From an uncultured Verrucomicrobiae bacterium (lineage in GTDB: Bacteria; Verrucomicrobiota; Verrucomicrobiia; Chthoniobacterales; UBA10450): a stretch of DNA of 64,000 nucleotides. The position numbers were made by a program, and so were the translations under genes. Position 1 is the stretch's first letter; each line of letters opens with the position of its first letter. This document shows, in pieces, positions 1 to 12,157 of the stretch. The stretch spans positions 960,001-1,024,000 of the forward strand of contig CAVSDR010000003.1 in NCBI GenBank assembly GCA_963726745.1, given 5' to 3'. The notes below the pieces were generated by a model. The model was given only the letters and a program-made list of their open reading frames with translations. It made no database searches and was not told the DNA's origin.

Positions 1-296
1 GGGAGCAGGCAAAGAAGAGCCAGCAAACTGGCGGTCCAAGGCCAGGAGGGCGCAGCGGGCAGTGGTCGATCCGGCCAACGCCTCGCAAACAGATACAGCG
101 CGAGAAAGGGCACGGTCCAGCCGTAGCTGTATTGCGGATTGATCGTCCACTCCATCCGCAGGTGATTGACGACCACAAACCAGAGCAGCCCGAAGGCGGC
201 AGCGACGACGCCCACGATCCAGGTTTGATTGCTCCCGCGCCGCACCATCCCGCCGGCACCGACCGGCGTGGAAAGCTGCGGGAGAGACGAAGACAT
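1..296 (-). CDS. Exosortase/archaeosortase-family membrane protein, N-terminal part (runs off window start)
   Basis: Manual translation from ATG 296: MSSSLPQ...AFGLLWFVVVNHLRMEWTINPQYSYGWTVPFLALYLFARRW. The W-x3-P-x-Y-S-(Y/H)-G-x2-VP pattern after a TM helix is the exosortase N-terminal signature. Absent from the ORF track. Confidence 0.75.
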   Translation of the reverse strand, partial: MSSSLPQLSTPVGAGGMVRRGSNQTWIVGVVAAAFGLLWFVVVNHLRMEWTINPQYSYGWTVPFLALYLFARRWPDRPLPAAPSWPWTASLLALLCLL

Positions 297-324
297 GACC
301 TGCGTCTTAGCAGGTTGCGCGCCC

Positions 325-1497
325 CTACGCCACTGGCGTCCGCGGCTGCAGGGCCCGAAGCTTCTCGATCACTCCCGGCACGAGAGCGAGCGCGCGCTCG
401 ATCTCTTCGTCATGGTTCAGTCGGCTAAGGGAAAATCGCAGGCTGCTGCGCACACGCTCGTCGCTTAGGCCCATCGCACGGAGCACATGCGAAGGCTCGG
501 GCGAACCGCTCCGGCAGGCCGAGCCCGCTGAGCAGCAAAGATTCGCCTGGTCGAGCAGGATGAGCGCCGCTGCGGAATCCACGCCGGCGAAGGAAAGACT
601 GGCGGTGTTCGGCAAGCGCGCGGTCGGATCGCCATTCACCGCCGCGCCAGGAACAGCCGCCAGCACGCCGCTTTCAAAGCGATCTCGCAGCGCCTGCACG
701 CGAGGCATCTCGCTGGCTAATTTCTCCCGGGCCAATTCCGCCGCTTTCCCGAAGCCGACAATGCCCGCGACGTTCTCGGTTCCCGCGCGCCGGCCTTCTT
801 CCTGGCTGCCGCCTAGCTGGCGCGCGCGGAAAGCCGTGCCGCGCTGCACGTAGAGCGCGCCCACGCCTTTCGGCCCATGAAGCTTGTGCGCGGAGAGCGA
901 AAGAAAATTAGCCGGCAACTCGTCCGCGGCGATCGGCACCTTCCCCGCCGCCTGCACCGCGTCGCTGTGGAAAAGCACCCGTTTCCGGCGCGCGATCTCC
1001 GCGATCTCGCGCACCGGGAAAAGCACACCGGTCTCGTTGTTGGCCCACATCACGGAGACGATCGCAGTCGCGGGCGTGATCGCGGCCTCGAGTGCATCGA
1101 GATCGATCCGTCCCAAGTGGTCGACGCCAAGGAAGGTCACCGGGTGCCCGCGCTCCTGAAGTTGCTGGCAAAATTGCCGGGTCGCGCTGTGTTCCACCGC
1201 CGTGGTCACAACCCCCTGGCGGGTCGGGTCGAGCGCGAGCGCGGAGGCCAGCGCGGTGTTGCTCGCTTCCGTGCCGCAACTGGTGAAAACGATCTCGCCC
1301 GGCCGCGCGCCGATCAGCGCCGCGACCTGCGCGCGCGCGTGCTCGATCGCCTCGCGCGCCTGCGCGCCAAAGCGGTAACCGCTCGAGGGATTACCGTAGT
1401 AGCTGGTGAGGAACGGCAGCATCGCCTCGACCACCGCCGGGTCGAGCGCAGTGGTGGCGTTGTTGTCGAGATAGATGATCTGCGCGGGCTCGAGCAC
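325..1497 (-). CDS. iscS: Cysteine desulfurase, IscS/NifS family
   Basis: IYLDNNATT, SAHKLHGPKG (PLP lysine), catalytic loop SAGSAC. Confidence 0.92.
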   Translation of the reverse strand: MLEPAQIIYLDNNATTALDPAVVEAMLPFLTSYYGNPSSGYRFGAQAREAIEHARAQVAALIGARPGEIVFTSCGTEASNTALASALALDPTRQGVVTTAVEHSATRQFCQQLQERGHPVTFLGVDHLGRIDLDALEAAITPATAIVSVMWANNETGVLFPVREIAEIARRKRVLFHSDAVQAAGKVPIAADELPANFLSLSAHKLHGPKGVGALYVQRGTAFRARQLGGSQEEGRRAGTENVAGIVGFGKAAELAREKLASEMPRVQALRDRFESGVLAAVPGAAVNGDPTARLPNTASLSFAGVDSAAALILLDQANLCCSAGSACRSGSPEPSHVLRAMGLSDERVRSSLRFSLSRLNHDEEIERALALVPGVIEKLRALQPRTPVA

Positions 1498-1503
1498 AGC
1501 GTT

Positions 1504-1848
1504 TTATTCCGGCGGACGCGGTTCGTTGCCCGGATGTTTCGGATGCTGATGGGTGTAGCGGAAATAGAGATTCCGCAGGTAAATCGGGAGCGGCAGCGCG
1601 GTCATGATCACGCCCACGGAGTCGCGCTGATACATCGCAAAATAACTCAAGGTGAGAATGCTCCCGACGGCGCTGCATTCCCAAAAACCGAAAGGAATCA
1701 CACTCTTGCGTGCCTTCTCCGAGGCGATCCATTGGATCAGGAAACGCACGCCGAAAATGAGGCTGCCGCTCAGGCCGACGATCTTCCACGGATGAATCGC
1801 GATCCCGAAGACGTGCGTCTCGGCGAGGAGAAAGTGAAGGCTGTTCAT
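1504..1848 (-). CDS. Lipid A biosynthesis N-terminal domain (LAB_N) small membrane protein
   Basis: FGVRFLIQWIASEKARKSVIPFGFW motif; three hydrophobic segments; start ATG 1848 or 1866. Confidence 0.8.
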   Translation of the reverse strand: MNSLHFLLAETHVFGIAIHPWKIVGLSGSLIFGVRFLIQWIASEKARKSVIPFGFWECSAVGSILTLSYFAMYQRDSVGVIMTALPLPIYLRNLYFRYTHQHPKHPGNEPRPPE

Positions 1849-1902
1849 GGGCGCAAGGTAGCGCATGCTTCCCGCTTGCGAAGTCTTTGCTAGGTTCCAT
1901 CA

Positions 1903-3014
1903 ATGACGTCCATCTGGGAGCTGGCCAATGCGCAGTTGCGCGACCTCGCGGTCTACGAACCGGGGAAGCCGATCGAGGAAACAGCGCGCGAGCTGGGAGC
2001 GGACGCCGCCAGCATCATCAAGCTGGCCTCGAACGAAAACCCGCTCGGCCCTTCGCCGAAAGCGATCGAGGCGATGCGCGCTGCCCTCGCCGGAACGCAT
2101 CTCTACCCGGATGGCGGCGGCTATTACCTGCGCGAAGCGCTCGCGCAACAAACTCGGGGTCACCCGCGAGCACCTCATTCTCGGCAGCGGCTCGAATGAA
2201 GTGCTCGAGTTCCTCGGCCACGCTTTTCTCCATCCCGGCGCGGAGATCGTGATCTCGCAGCACGCTTTCGTGGCCTACAAATTGATCGCCGCGGTTTTCG
2301 GCGCGCGCACGATCGAGGTCCCGAGCCCGGATTACCGGCATCACCTCGATGCGATGCTGGCCGCAATCACGCCCGCGACCCGGCTGGTCTTTATCGCGAA
2401 CCCGAACAACCCCACCGGCACGTTGCTCACGCAGGCGGAGATCGACGATTTCATGCGGCAACTTCCCGGCCACGTCGTGGTCGCGTTCGACGAAGCCTAT
2501 TTCGAATACGTCGATGCGCCGCCGGACACGATCCAATACGTGCGCACGCAGCCGAACGTGATCGTGCTCCGCACCTTCTCGAAAATCCAGGGGCTCGCGA
2601 GCCTGCGCGTCGGCTACGGCGTGGCCCATCCGGAACTCATCCGGGTGTTGCAGAAAACGCGGCAACCTTTCAACGTCAACGGCCTCGGCCAGGCGGCCGC
2701 GCTCGCCGCGCTCGGCGACTCCGAGCACCAGCGCCGGACGAAGGAATTGACCGATGACGGCCGCGCTTATTTCGAGCGCGAGCTCGCGCGGCTTGGGCTC
2801 GAGTTCGTCCCCAGCGCAGCCAATTTCGTCCTCGTGCGCGTGGGCGATGGCGGCGGCGGTTTTCCGCGAACTGCTCGCGCGCCACATCATCGTGCGCGCG
2901 CTTAAAGGCTATGATCTCGCTGCCTGGATCCGCATTTCCATCGGCACGATGGCACAAAACCGCGCCTGCCTGGCCGCGCTCGAGGAAGTGCTGGCCGCCG
3001 TCGCCGCGCCCTAG
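1903..3014 (+). CDS. hisC: Histidinol-phosphate aminotransferase (two apparent +1 frameshifts near 2150 and 2850)
   Basis: [36 protein letters not shown]-x-GLA-x-LRVGY, IRISIG spread over three frames. Confidence 0.92.
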
Positions 3015-3017
3015 CAC

Positions 3018-4349
3018 GTGGACCCGCACGGCTCCGGCGAGACCATCGCCGCCATCTCCACCGCGGTCGGCGAAGGCGCGATTGCACTCGTTAGGCTTTC
3101 CGGGCCGGAAGCGGTCGCGATTGCCGACCGGCTTTTCCGCGGAAAAGCGCTCCCGTCGGCCTTCAGTTCGCACACGCAGCATCTCGGCGAATTGGTGGAA
3201 GACGGGCGTGTGATCGACCAGGTGGTGCTGGTGGTCCAGCGGGCGCCGCACAGCTACACCGGCGAGGACGTGGTGGAGATCAGTTGCCACGGTGGCGTGA
3301 TCGTGACCGGGCAGGTGCTGGCAGCGTGCTTGCAGGCTGGCGCGCGCGCGGCGCGGCCGGGCGAGTTTACCGAGCGCGCCTTTTTAAACGACAAGATGGA
3401 CCTGACCCAGGCCGAGGCGGTGATCGATCTGATCCGCGCGCAGACCGATCTCGCGGCCCGCTCTGCGACCGAGCAACTGCAGGGTCAGCTCGGCCGCGCG
3501 ATCGGCGCGCTCAACCAGGAGATCGTGGACCTGCTGGCGCACCTCGAGGCGGCGATTGATTTTCCGGAGGAAAACATTGCGCCCGACGAGGGCGAAAAGT
3601 TGCGCGCGCGCCGGGAGAAAGTGCTGGCTAAAATCGACGCGCTCCTCGCGACCGAGACGCGCGGCCGCATCCTGCGCGAAGGCTTGCGCGTGGTCATCTA
3701 CGGCCCGGTGAATGCCGGCAAGTCGAGCCTGCTTAACCGCCTCCTCGGCTACGAGCGCGCGATCGTGAGCCATCTGCCAGGGACCACGCGCGACACGATC
3801 GAGGAAGTGATCAACCTGCGCGGGATTCCGCTGCGCCTGCTCGACACCGCCGGCCTGCGGGAAACAGACGACGAGCTGGAACGCGCGGGGATCGCCCGGA
3901 CCGAGGAGTCGTTAGGCCGGGCCGATCTGGTGCTGCACGTGCTCGACCGGAGCGCGCCGCGGCCGGCCAATTTTAGCCAGCGAGATGAAGCGCGCGAGAT
4001 CCTGCTCTTGAACAAGAGCGACCTGCCCGAGCACACCGATTGGGCTGGCGTGGGGGCGCTCCGCATTTCCTGCCAGACCGAGGACGGCCTCGCCGGACTC
4101 GACGAGCACATCCTCGCGCAACTCGGCGCCCGACATCTGGGTGCGGAAAGCAGCGTGGCGATCAACACCCGCCATCGCGACTGCCTGCGGCGCGCGCGCG
4201 ACCTTGCGGCGGCGGCGCCGCTGACGGAGCCGGAGCTGGCCGCGCTCGACCTGCGCGCGGCCCTTCAGGCAAGCACGGAAGTGATCGCGCTGGAAAGCGA
4301 CGACGCCGTCCTCGACTCGCTCTTCGCGCAATTCTGCATCGGCAAATGA
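3018..4349 (+). CDS. mnmE: tRNA modification GTPase MnmE
   Basis: [39 protein letters not shown], terminal FCIGK. Confidence 0.97.
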   Translation: MDPHGSGETIAAISTAVGEGAIALVRLSGPEAVAIADRLFRGKALPSAFSSHTQHLGELVEDGRVIDQVVLVVQRAPHSYTGEDVVEISCHGGVIVTGQVLAACLQAGARAARPGEFTERAFLNDKMDLTQAEAVIDLIRAQTDLAARSATEQLQGQLGRAIGALNQEIVDLLAHLEAAIDFPEENIAPDEGEKLRARREKVLAKIDALLATETRGRILREGLRVVIYGPVNAGKSSLLNRLLGYERAIVSHLPGTTRDTIEEVINLRGIPLRLLDTAGLRETDDELERAGIARTEESLGRADLVLHVLDRSAPRPANFSQRDEAREILLLNKSDLPEHTDWAGVGALRISCQTEDGLAGLDEHILAQLGARHLGAESSVAINTRHRDCLRRARDLAAAAPLTEPELAALDLRAALQASTEVIALESDDAVLDSLFAQFCIGK

Positions 4350-5362
4350 GCGCGCTTTACCAGGCACTCGTCCGGCCGGGACTCTTCGCGCTCGACCCGG
4401 AGCGGGCGCATCATCTCGCGCTCGGCGCGCTCGAGCGGGCCTCGGCCTTCCCGCCAGCGCTGGCGTTTCTCCGCCGCTTCCAGCCACCGCGAAAACCGGT
4501 TTCGCTTTTCGGGCTCACCTTCCCCAATCCCGTCGGTCTCGCGGCCGGCTTCGACAAGAACGGCGTCGCGTTGCCGGCATGGGAGGCGCTCGGGTTTGGC
4601 TTCGTCGAGCTCGGCACGGTGACCGCGCGCGCGCAGCCGGGGAATCCGCGCCCGCGCATTTTTCGCTACCCGGAGCACGGCGCGCTTGATCAATCGCCTC
4701 GGCTTTAACAACGACGGCGCGGATGCGATTGCGGAGCGACTGCGAAGGCTGCGCGCGCGCGGCGGCTGGCCGCTCATTCCCGATCGGGATCAACCTCGGC
4801 AAATCGAAAACGACGCCGCTGGAGAAAGCGGCGGAGGATTACCTCCATTCTTTCCGGCGGCTGCGCGAATTTGCCGACTACCTGGTGCTGAACGTGAGCT
4901 CGCCGAACACGCCCGGCCTGCGCTCGCTCCAGGAGCACGAGGCGCTGGCGAAGTTGCTCGGCGCGATGCAGCGCGAGAACGCCCGCGGGCCGCGGAAGCC
5001 GGTGCTGCTGAAAATCGCGCCCGACCTGGGCGACGACGATCTCGGGCAAATCATCGCCACGCTGCGAGGCGCACGAAATTGCCGGCATTATCGCGACCAA
5101 CACCACGCTCGATCACCGCGCGCTCGCGGGCGCGCAGGACGAGACCGGCGGCCTGAGCGGAGCGCCGTTGCGGGCGCGCGCGACTGAAGTGGTCGGCAAA
5201 ATAGCCAGCCAGACGCAGCTGCCGGTGATCGGCGTGGGCGGGATCGCGGACGCGGCGAGCGCGCGGGAGAAACTCGCGGCGGGCGCGAAATTGATTCAGC
5301 TCTACACGGGCTACATCTATCGCGGCCCGGGGTTGCTCCGCGAAATTTGCGCGGCGCTTTAG
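4346..5362 (+). CDS. pyrD: Quinone-dependent dihydroorotate dehydrogenase (three apparent +1 frameshifts near 4686, 4780, 5061)
   Basis: [69 protein letters not shown]. Confidence 0.93.
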
Positions 5363-5423
5363 CCTCTGGCGGCAGGCAATGTTGTCCCTTTAGTTTTCTG
5401 AGCGCTTTCGCTAAGATCGACAA

Positions 5424-6311
5424 ATGGCCGTCGCGCCTCCGCTCCCCATCTCCCAGATCAACGACCATTCCAGCGAAAGCTCCTGCGGCCCGGTGCAGGT
5501 CGAGCAACTGCGCAAAGTGCCGCTCTTCGACGGCCTCACGGCGGGCGCGACCGAACGTCTCTGCGCGCTCCTGACGCTGCGCGAATTCAAGGCGCCCACC
5601 CGCCTCTTCAACGCGGGCGACTCCGGCGACGCGATGTATTTGATCGAGCGCGGCAAGGTGCAGATCACCGTGACCGATGCCGATGGCCACGAGGTCACGC
5701 TCTCGGAATTGCACGAGGGCGAGTTCTTCGGCGAGATGGCTTTGATCGATGGCGAGGAGCGCTCCGCGGGCGCGACCGTGCTGGAGGATTCGCGCCTGGC
5801 GATGCTCACGCGAAAGGATTTTCTCGCCTTCATCACGAGCGATTCGCAGGTCACGCTGGCGATGCTCGCGGCCATGGCGCGCCGGCTCCGGCGCACGGAC
5901 AATCTCCTGCGGCATCGCGTTTCGCGGAACCCGAACGTCGAGGCCGCGGCCCACACGACTTTAGCCGACCGGATGGCGGACTCGATCGCGAGCTTTGGCG
6001 GAAGCTGGAAGTTTATCACCGGCTCGGTGATTTTCCTCGGCGGCTGGATCGTGGTGAACCTCGTCTTCAACCGGACGTTCGATCCCTACCCGTTCGCTTT
6101 TCTGCTTTTCATCCTAAACATCCTGCAAGCTTTCCAGGCGCCGATCATCATGATGTCGCAAAACCGGCAGACGGAAAAAGACCGTCTGCGCGCCGACCTC
6201 GACTACGAGGTCAACTTGAAGAACGAACTGCTGCTCACGGAAATCCGCACCGTCCTCGCCGAGCAGGAACGCCGACGGCGCGAAGAGCGCGCGGGATTTA
6301 GTCGGGATTAA
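5424..6311 (+). CDS. Cyclic nucleotide-binding domain plus DUF1003 membrane domain protein
   Basis: cNMP motif GEFFGEMALIDGEERSA; DUF1003 motifs FGGSW, FDPYPF, QAPIIMMSQNRQ. Confidence 0.88.
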   Translation: MAVAPPLPISQINDHSSESSCGPVQVEQLRKVPLFDGLTAGATERLCALLTLREFKAPTRLFNAGDSGDAMYLIERGKVQITVTDADGHEVTLSELHEGEFFGEMALIDGEERSAGATVLEDSRLAMLTRKDFLAFITSDSQVTLAMLAAMARRLRRTDNLLRHRVSRNPNVEAAAHTTLADRMADSIASFGGSWKFITGSVIFLGGWIVVNLVFNRTFDPYPFAFLLFILNILQAFQAPIIMMSQNRQTEKDRLRADLDYEVNLKNELLLTEIRTVLAEQERRRREERAGFSRD

Positions 6312-6361
6312 CGGCGGCGGCGCGGGGGAAAATCCCGGCAGAGGCCCGGCCTCGCGCGTGG

Positions 6362-9300
6362 CTAGCGCATCTGGTAAATTTCGACCGAGGAGATGCCCGT
6401 GGTGTTGTTCTTCCCGCGAACGACGGCGCTGTAGCTGCCGGGATCGAGGCTGATCCGGAGCGCGGCTTCCTTGTCGTCCTTTGGCTGCAAGCCGGTGGCT
6501 TCGATGTCGCTGCGCGAGCCGACGCCGGCACCGCTCTGGGTTTTCCAGTTGTCGTTCGAGAAGACCTTCACCGAACCGCGGTAGATATCGAGCGTGGGAT
6601 CGGCCATGGCGTTGCTGATGCCGGCCGCCTTCAGGCTCGGCCCGAGAGCGCGCACGATGACTTCCTGCGCGGTGCCCGGTTCGTTGTTCGGCGCGGAGAC
6701 GATAAAGCCGGCAATGAGCGCGCCGTTATCGCCTTCGTTGACCTTGCCGCGGGTGGAGATGTTAACCAACCGGCTGACGGTGGTCGCACCGAGATCGTAG
6801 ACCTCGACCAGGCCGACGCCGTTGGTGGTGCCGCGCAAGATGGCGGTGTGCGGGCCGGCATTGAGCGTGGTCGACGAGGGCGGCCTCGCGCGTGTCCTCC
6901 GGCTTGAGGCCGTTGGCCGCGAGCGTCTGCTGGTCGCCGGCGGAATTGGTCGTGTAGTTGTCGTTATACCCGATCTGGTTGCCGTTCGAATCCATCAGCT
7001 GGACCGACGGATCCTGGATGGCATTGACCACGCCGCGCTGGGTGAGCGACGGCCCGAGGCCACGGATGATCACCTGCTTGCTGTCGCCTTGGACGATGAA
7101 CCCGGCAATCATGACGCCTTCCGCCTGCTCCACCGGGCCGCGGGTGGAGACGTTTCGCAGCTTCGTGCGCAGATCGAAATTATTGACCGTGACCGTAGCG
7201 CTCGAAGTGCCGCCTAATTCCGCGCCGCTGCTCGGATTCGAGAGGGTGACTTTGAACTGTTTCGAAGGCGTGCCCGCCGGTTGCGCCGTGAGCGGAACGG
7301 TGATGGTCCGCGAGGTTTCACCGGCGGCAAAGGTGAGCCGTCCAGAAGTCGCAGTGTAATCGGTGCCGGCCTGCGCCGTCAGGTCCGAGGTGGCGTAGTC
7401 GACGGTGAAGATGCCGTTCGGATTGCCCAGGCGCGAAAGCGTGACCGTGAGGGTGGCGCTGCCGCTGGAATTGTTCACCGCGTAAGTCGGCGAGCTGAAC
7501 TGGAAGGTGGTGGCGTCGTTATCCGCGATCGTAACGGTGGCCCGGCCGCTGCCGATGCGCGGCGCGCTTCCGTTCGTTGCGCCAAGAGGATTCGACAGGA
7601 CCACGTAGAAGAACTGGCTGCCTTCCTTGGTCGTGTTGTCGACAATCGGGACCGTGATCGTCTGCCGGGTGACGCCGGCGTTGAAGGTCAGGCGGCCGCT
7701 GGTGCGGGTGTATTTTCTGTCCGCCGCGGCGGTGCCGTCGGTGGTCGCGTAGTCGACCGTGACCACTTCGGCGGGATCGCCCACGCGCAGGGCTTCGACG
7801 GTCAAGGTGACCGAGCCAGAGCCTTCATCGATGCTGTAATCCGTGGGGTTGAAGCGGAAGGTCGTGGCATCGTTGTCGAGGATGTTGACCGTGGCCGTGC
7901 TCTGGCCGCCGACGAATCCGGTGCCGGTGGGCGAAGTGAGCGTGACCGTGAAAGTGAGCGTGGGATCGGCGGTGGCGTCGTCGATGATCGGGATCTGGAT
8001 GACCTTCGAGACCTCGCCAACGCCGAAGGTGACGCTCCCGGTAGTGGCCTGGTAATTCACGCCGGCGACGGCGGTGCCGTCGCTGGTGGCGTAGTTTACC
8101 GTGGCGGAAACGCCGAGGCCGCCCGAGCGGGTGACCGTGAGATTGGCGAAGCCGGCGCCTTCATCGACATCGAACGACTTCGCGGAGAAGCCGATCGTGG
8201 CCGAAGGCGAATCGTCATCCGCGATCTCGACCGTGGCGGTGGCAGCGGTGCCCACGGCGACGCCCGGGCCGGGATTGGAGAGCGCAACGAAGAAGTTCTC
8301 GGTGCTCTCGATCAGGTTGTCGTTCAGGATTTGGACGGTGATCGGCTTGCTGGTTTCGCCGGGGCCGAAGGTGAGCGTGCCCGAGGTGCCGACATAGTCA
8401 GCACCTTCCAAAGCGGTGCCGCTGTAGGTGCGATATTGCACGGTGAGCGTGTTGTTCGGATTCCCCTGCCGGCTGGCGACGACCATGACCGTGACCGTTC
8501 CTCCGAGCTCTGAAACGGTGTAATTGGCAGGGCTGAACTGGACGATGCTCTGCACGTCGTCATCGATGATCGTGACAATCGCGCTGCCCGGGGTGCCGAT
8601 GATTGATCCCGGGCTGGGGTCATTCAAGGTCACCCGGAAGGTCTCCGGATCTTCACTGATGGTGTCGTTATTGATCGGGACGAGAATCGTCTTGCTGGTC
8701 TCACCGGGCGCGAAGGTGAGCGTGCCGGAAACCGGCGAGAAATCGAAGCCGGCGTAGGCGCTAATCGGTGTGGCGGTAAAGTTGATCGAGGAAGCGCGGG
8801 AAGCGTCGCCGTTCGGGATCAGGTTGACCGTGAGGACGGCATTCCCGGCGTTTTCGACCACGCTGTAAGTCGCGCTGCTGAACTGGATGACGTTGCCGAG
8901 ATCGTCGTCCGTGATCGTGACCTTGGTGGTCGAGATGCTGCCTAATTGCGCCACGTCGCTGCTCAGGAGCGTGAGGTGAAAGGTGACGTCGCCCTGGATG
9001 AGCGTGTTATCCGGGATCGGGATGATGATCGTTTTCACGTGCTCGTTATCCACCACGACAGTGCGCGGCGGAGTCCCGATCTGCGCGAGCAACGGAGCGA
9101 AACGAATCTCGCCGGAAGTGGGCGTGAAATTGACGCCCGCCTGGGCGGTGTCGCCCGCGCGCAGTTCGGTGGTGTAGCGCGCGATCGTGCCATTCACATC
9201 GAAAGCGCCGAAGCGGACCACGGTAATGGCAATGGCTGCCTGGTCGCCTTCGCGGAAACGATGCGCGGTGGTGAGGAACTGGACCGTGTTCGGGCCGCTA

Positions 9301-11462
9301 TTGTCGAAGATGGTCACGCGCGCGGAGCTCTGCCGGCCGATGGAAGTGAACGGGCCAGGATTCGTTAGGCCGACGGTGAAAGTCTTCACGCCCTGGGCCG
9401 CGGGATTGTTGAAGATCGGGATGGTGACGCTCTGGACGCTTACCCCTGCAGGGAAGGTCACCGTGGTCGACGACGGATCCTGGTAGTCATCCGGATTGAC
9501 TGCGGTGTCGCCGGTCGCGCCGAGGGTAAGATTGACGGTTAAAACCTGGTTCGGATCGCCGCCGCGGACCGCGCGCACGCGCACCTGGACGGCGCCCTCG
9601 ATTTCGACCGCGCCATATTCGGCCGCGTCGAACTCCACCGTGTTCAAGCCGTCGTCATCCTGGATCGTGACCGTGGCCGACGAAGGCGAGCCGAGGAAGG
9701 CGTTGATCGGGTCGCTCAGGACGACGAAGAAATTCTGCGGCGGCTCGATCACGTTGTCGTTCAAGATCGGCACCACGATCGTAGCCACGGCAGAACCGGG
9801 CGCGAAATTGATCGTGCCGCTGGTCGGGACGAAGCGGGAATTGGAGGCCGAGCCGGCGACGGTGGTGAACTTAACGCTGGCGGCGGAGTTCGTGTTGCCG
9901 GTGCGATTAAGGAGGACGGTGAGCGTGACCGAACCGGAGCTCTCGGAGACAGCATAATTCGTGTTGCTGAACTGCACCGTGCCGGCGGCATCGTTGTCGA
10001 GAATGCTGAGCGTCGCGGCGGAATTCGCGCCCAGGGTGGCATTCGTTGGGTTCGCCAGGACCAGGCCGATGGTCTCGGTGTTTTCCGGGATGGTGTCGTC
10101 GATGATCGGAATGGAGAAGGTCTTGATCGTCTCGCCGGGGCCAAAAGTGAGGCGGCTGTTGGATTGCGCGCTCACCGGGGTGAAGTCCGAGCCGGGCGTG
10201 GCCGAACCGGTCTCGGTGAAATACTGCACGCTCACGGTGTCGCTGTTATTCCCGGCGCGATTTAACCGCACGGTCACGAGAGCATTGCCGTCCTGCTCGT
10301 TGACCGAGAAATCAGTCCCGGCAAATTCCACCGTGTTGGCGTTTTCGTTGTCGATGATCCGCACCTCGGCGGTGGCGGTCCCGCCGGGAACGGAAACGCC
10401 GGAGTTCGGGCTCGCAGTCAGCGAGACGTAAAAGGACTCGGTGCCCTCGACCTGACTATCGTCAAAGATCGGGATGTTGACCGTGGCAAAGGTTTGCCCT
10501 TGGGCGAAATCGACGTTTAACCCGGTGACGGAGGCGTAGTCGACATCCGGCGTGGCCGTGCCGCCCACCGTGGACACCTTGACCCGCGCCGCGCTGTTGG
10601 TATTCCCGGTGCGGAGCAGCGTGATGGTGGCATTGCCGGCATCTTCCGCGACCGAGTAGCTGCCGGCGCTGAAGTTCACCGTGCTGGTTTCGTTATCCAC
10701 GATCGTGACCGTGGCCGTGGCCCGGTCGAAACTATAGCGCGCGCCGGGCCCGGAAAGATTGACCGCAAAGGTCTCGTTCCCCTCGACCAGGGAGTCGTCG
10801 TAGATCGGGACGGTGATCGTCTGCGCCGTCGGACTACCGGCCGCGAAGACCAAGGTGCCGGCTGTGTTCTGGTAGTCGACGCCAGGATCCGGCAAATCGC
10901 CCCCAGTCGCTGAGCCGGGCTGAGTGGTGAAATTGACGACATCCTCCTGGGTGATATCTCCCGAACGCGTGACCGTGAGTGTGACTGAGCCGCCATTCTC
11001 CTGCACCGCGTAGCTATCGGGATTGAAGGTGATCACGGTTCCGCTGCCATCATTATCCTGGATCATGATCGTGGCGGTGCTCTTGGTCCCGTCGATCGTA
11101 GCGCCGGAGGGATTGCTGATCGTGAGCGTGAATTGCTCGGTGCTCTCCGCCACGAGGTCGTCGATGATCGGCACGGTGATCAGCTTGGCGGTGTCGTTAG
11201 GCCCGAAGGTCAGGGTGCCGGCGGTGGCGCGGTAATCGGAGCCGGCCACGGCCGAACCGTCGCTCGTCCCGTAGTTCACCGTCACGGTGTTGGCGTTGGA
11301 CCGCGCGAGCCGGACGATCACGTTCACGCTCCCGGCGTTCTCCACCACCGTGTAGGAGGTCTTGTCGAGCGAGAGGACATTTTGCCCCTGGGCGGAACTC
11401 CCCGCGGAGAGCGCGAAGAAAGCGATCAAGGCGACGAAAAAAGCGGAAAGACGAGGATTCAT
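6362..11462 (-). CDS. Large secreted protein with about 12 Calx-beta domains and two C-terminal NISTR-type domains (apparent frameshift near 6870)
   Basis: Signal peptide MNPRLSAFFVALIAFFALSAGSSAQG; repeats of F-x4-Y-x-V-x-E...GTLTF-x-PGET-x-K-x-I-x-VPI-x-DD...A-x-V-x-I-x-D(N/D)D; C-terminal LRNVSTRG-x-V and LVNISTRG-x-V. Confidence 0.88.
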
Positions 11463-11596
11463 AAGCGAACGGGACGAAGCGCCGAGAAGCGACGCGGCGC
11501 GGAGTGTGTCAGATGAGTTGGGCGAATGCAAAATGAAACTTTTTCCGCCCGGGGCGTGAACGAAAAAAGAGCGCAAATCGGCTGCCGGCGAAGGGG

Positions 11597-12151
11597 TTAA
11601 TTCCCGCCCTGCGCCGTTTGCACCACCGTTTTCAGGTCGCTGATGCTCCCGTCGGTAAAGATGATCAGGTTGCCGCTGCCGTGGACGTCGCCGGTCTCGA
11701 TGAACCAAGGCTGGCGGGCCCATTCGTGCGGCGTGCCTGGCTTGTCGTCGAAGGGGGTGGCCACGTAATCGATCCGCGCGGTCGCGGGCGTGGAGTAATC
11801 GGGGTTGTGCAGCAGATTTTGGATCGTGGGGCAGATCCAGGTTTTGCGCACCGGACCGAAAGGCGCGAGCGCATCGATCCAGGCTTGAGCGGTTACCTCC
11901 GGCGGGCTCGAAGAAGAGCCGACAGGGATTTGCGGCCAGACGCCGTTCTGCTGCAGGTAAAGCTCGGCTGCGACCGCGAGATTCTTCAGGTTATTCGAGC
12001 ATTCCACCCGCTGGGCCCGGGCACGTAGCTTGGAAATAAGCGGCACGCTCAGGACTGCGAGCACGCCGATAATGACGATCGCGACCGCGAGCTCGAGCAG
12101 CGAAAAAGCCCGCGCGCGCGCTGGTTTCACCGGCCGGAGAGAAAGCGGCAA
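11597..12151 (-). CDS. Prepilin-type N-terminal cleavage/methylation protein with H-X9-DG C-terminal motif
   Basis: RAFSLLELAVAIVIIGVLA N-terminus; C-x-NNLK; C-terminal HGSGNLIIFTDG. Confidence 0.85.
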   Translation of the reverse strand: MPLSLRPVKPARARAFSLLELAVAIVIIGVLAVLSVPLISKLRARAQRVECSNNLKNLAVAAELYLQQNGVWPQIPVGSSSSPPEVTAQAWIDALAPFGPVRKTWICPTIQNLLHNPDYSTPATARIDYVATPFDDKPGTPHEWARQPWFIETGDVHGSGNLIIFTDGSISDLKTVVQTAQGGN

Positions 12152-12157
12152 GCGCTC

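Noticed and set aside
6900..11400. Repetitive DNA as a CRISPR array or tandem repeat
   Set aside because: The repeats are diverged protein-level Calx-beta units; there are no identical 25-45 bp repeats with spacers and no cas genes.
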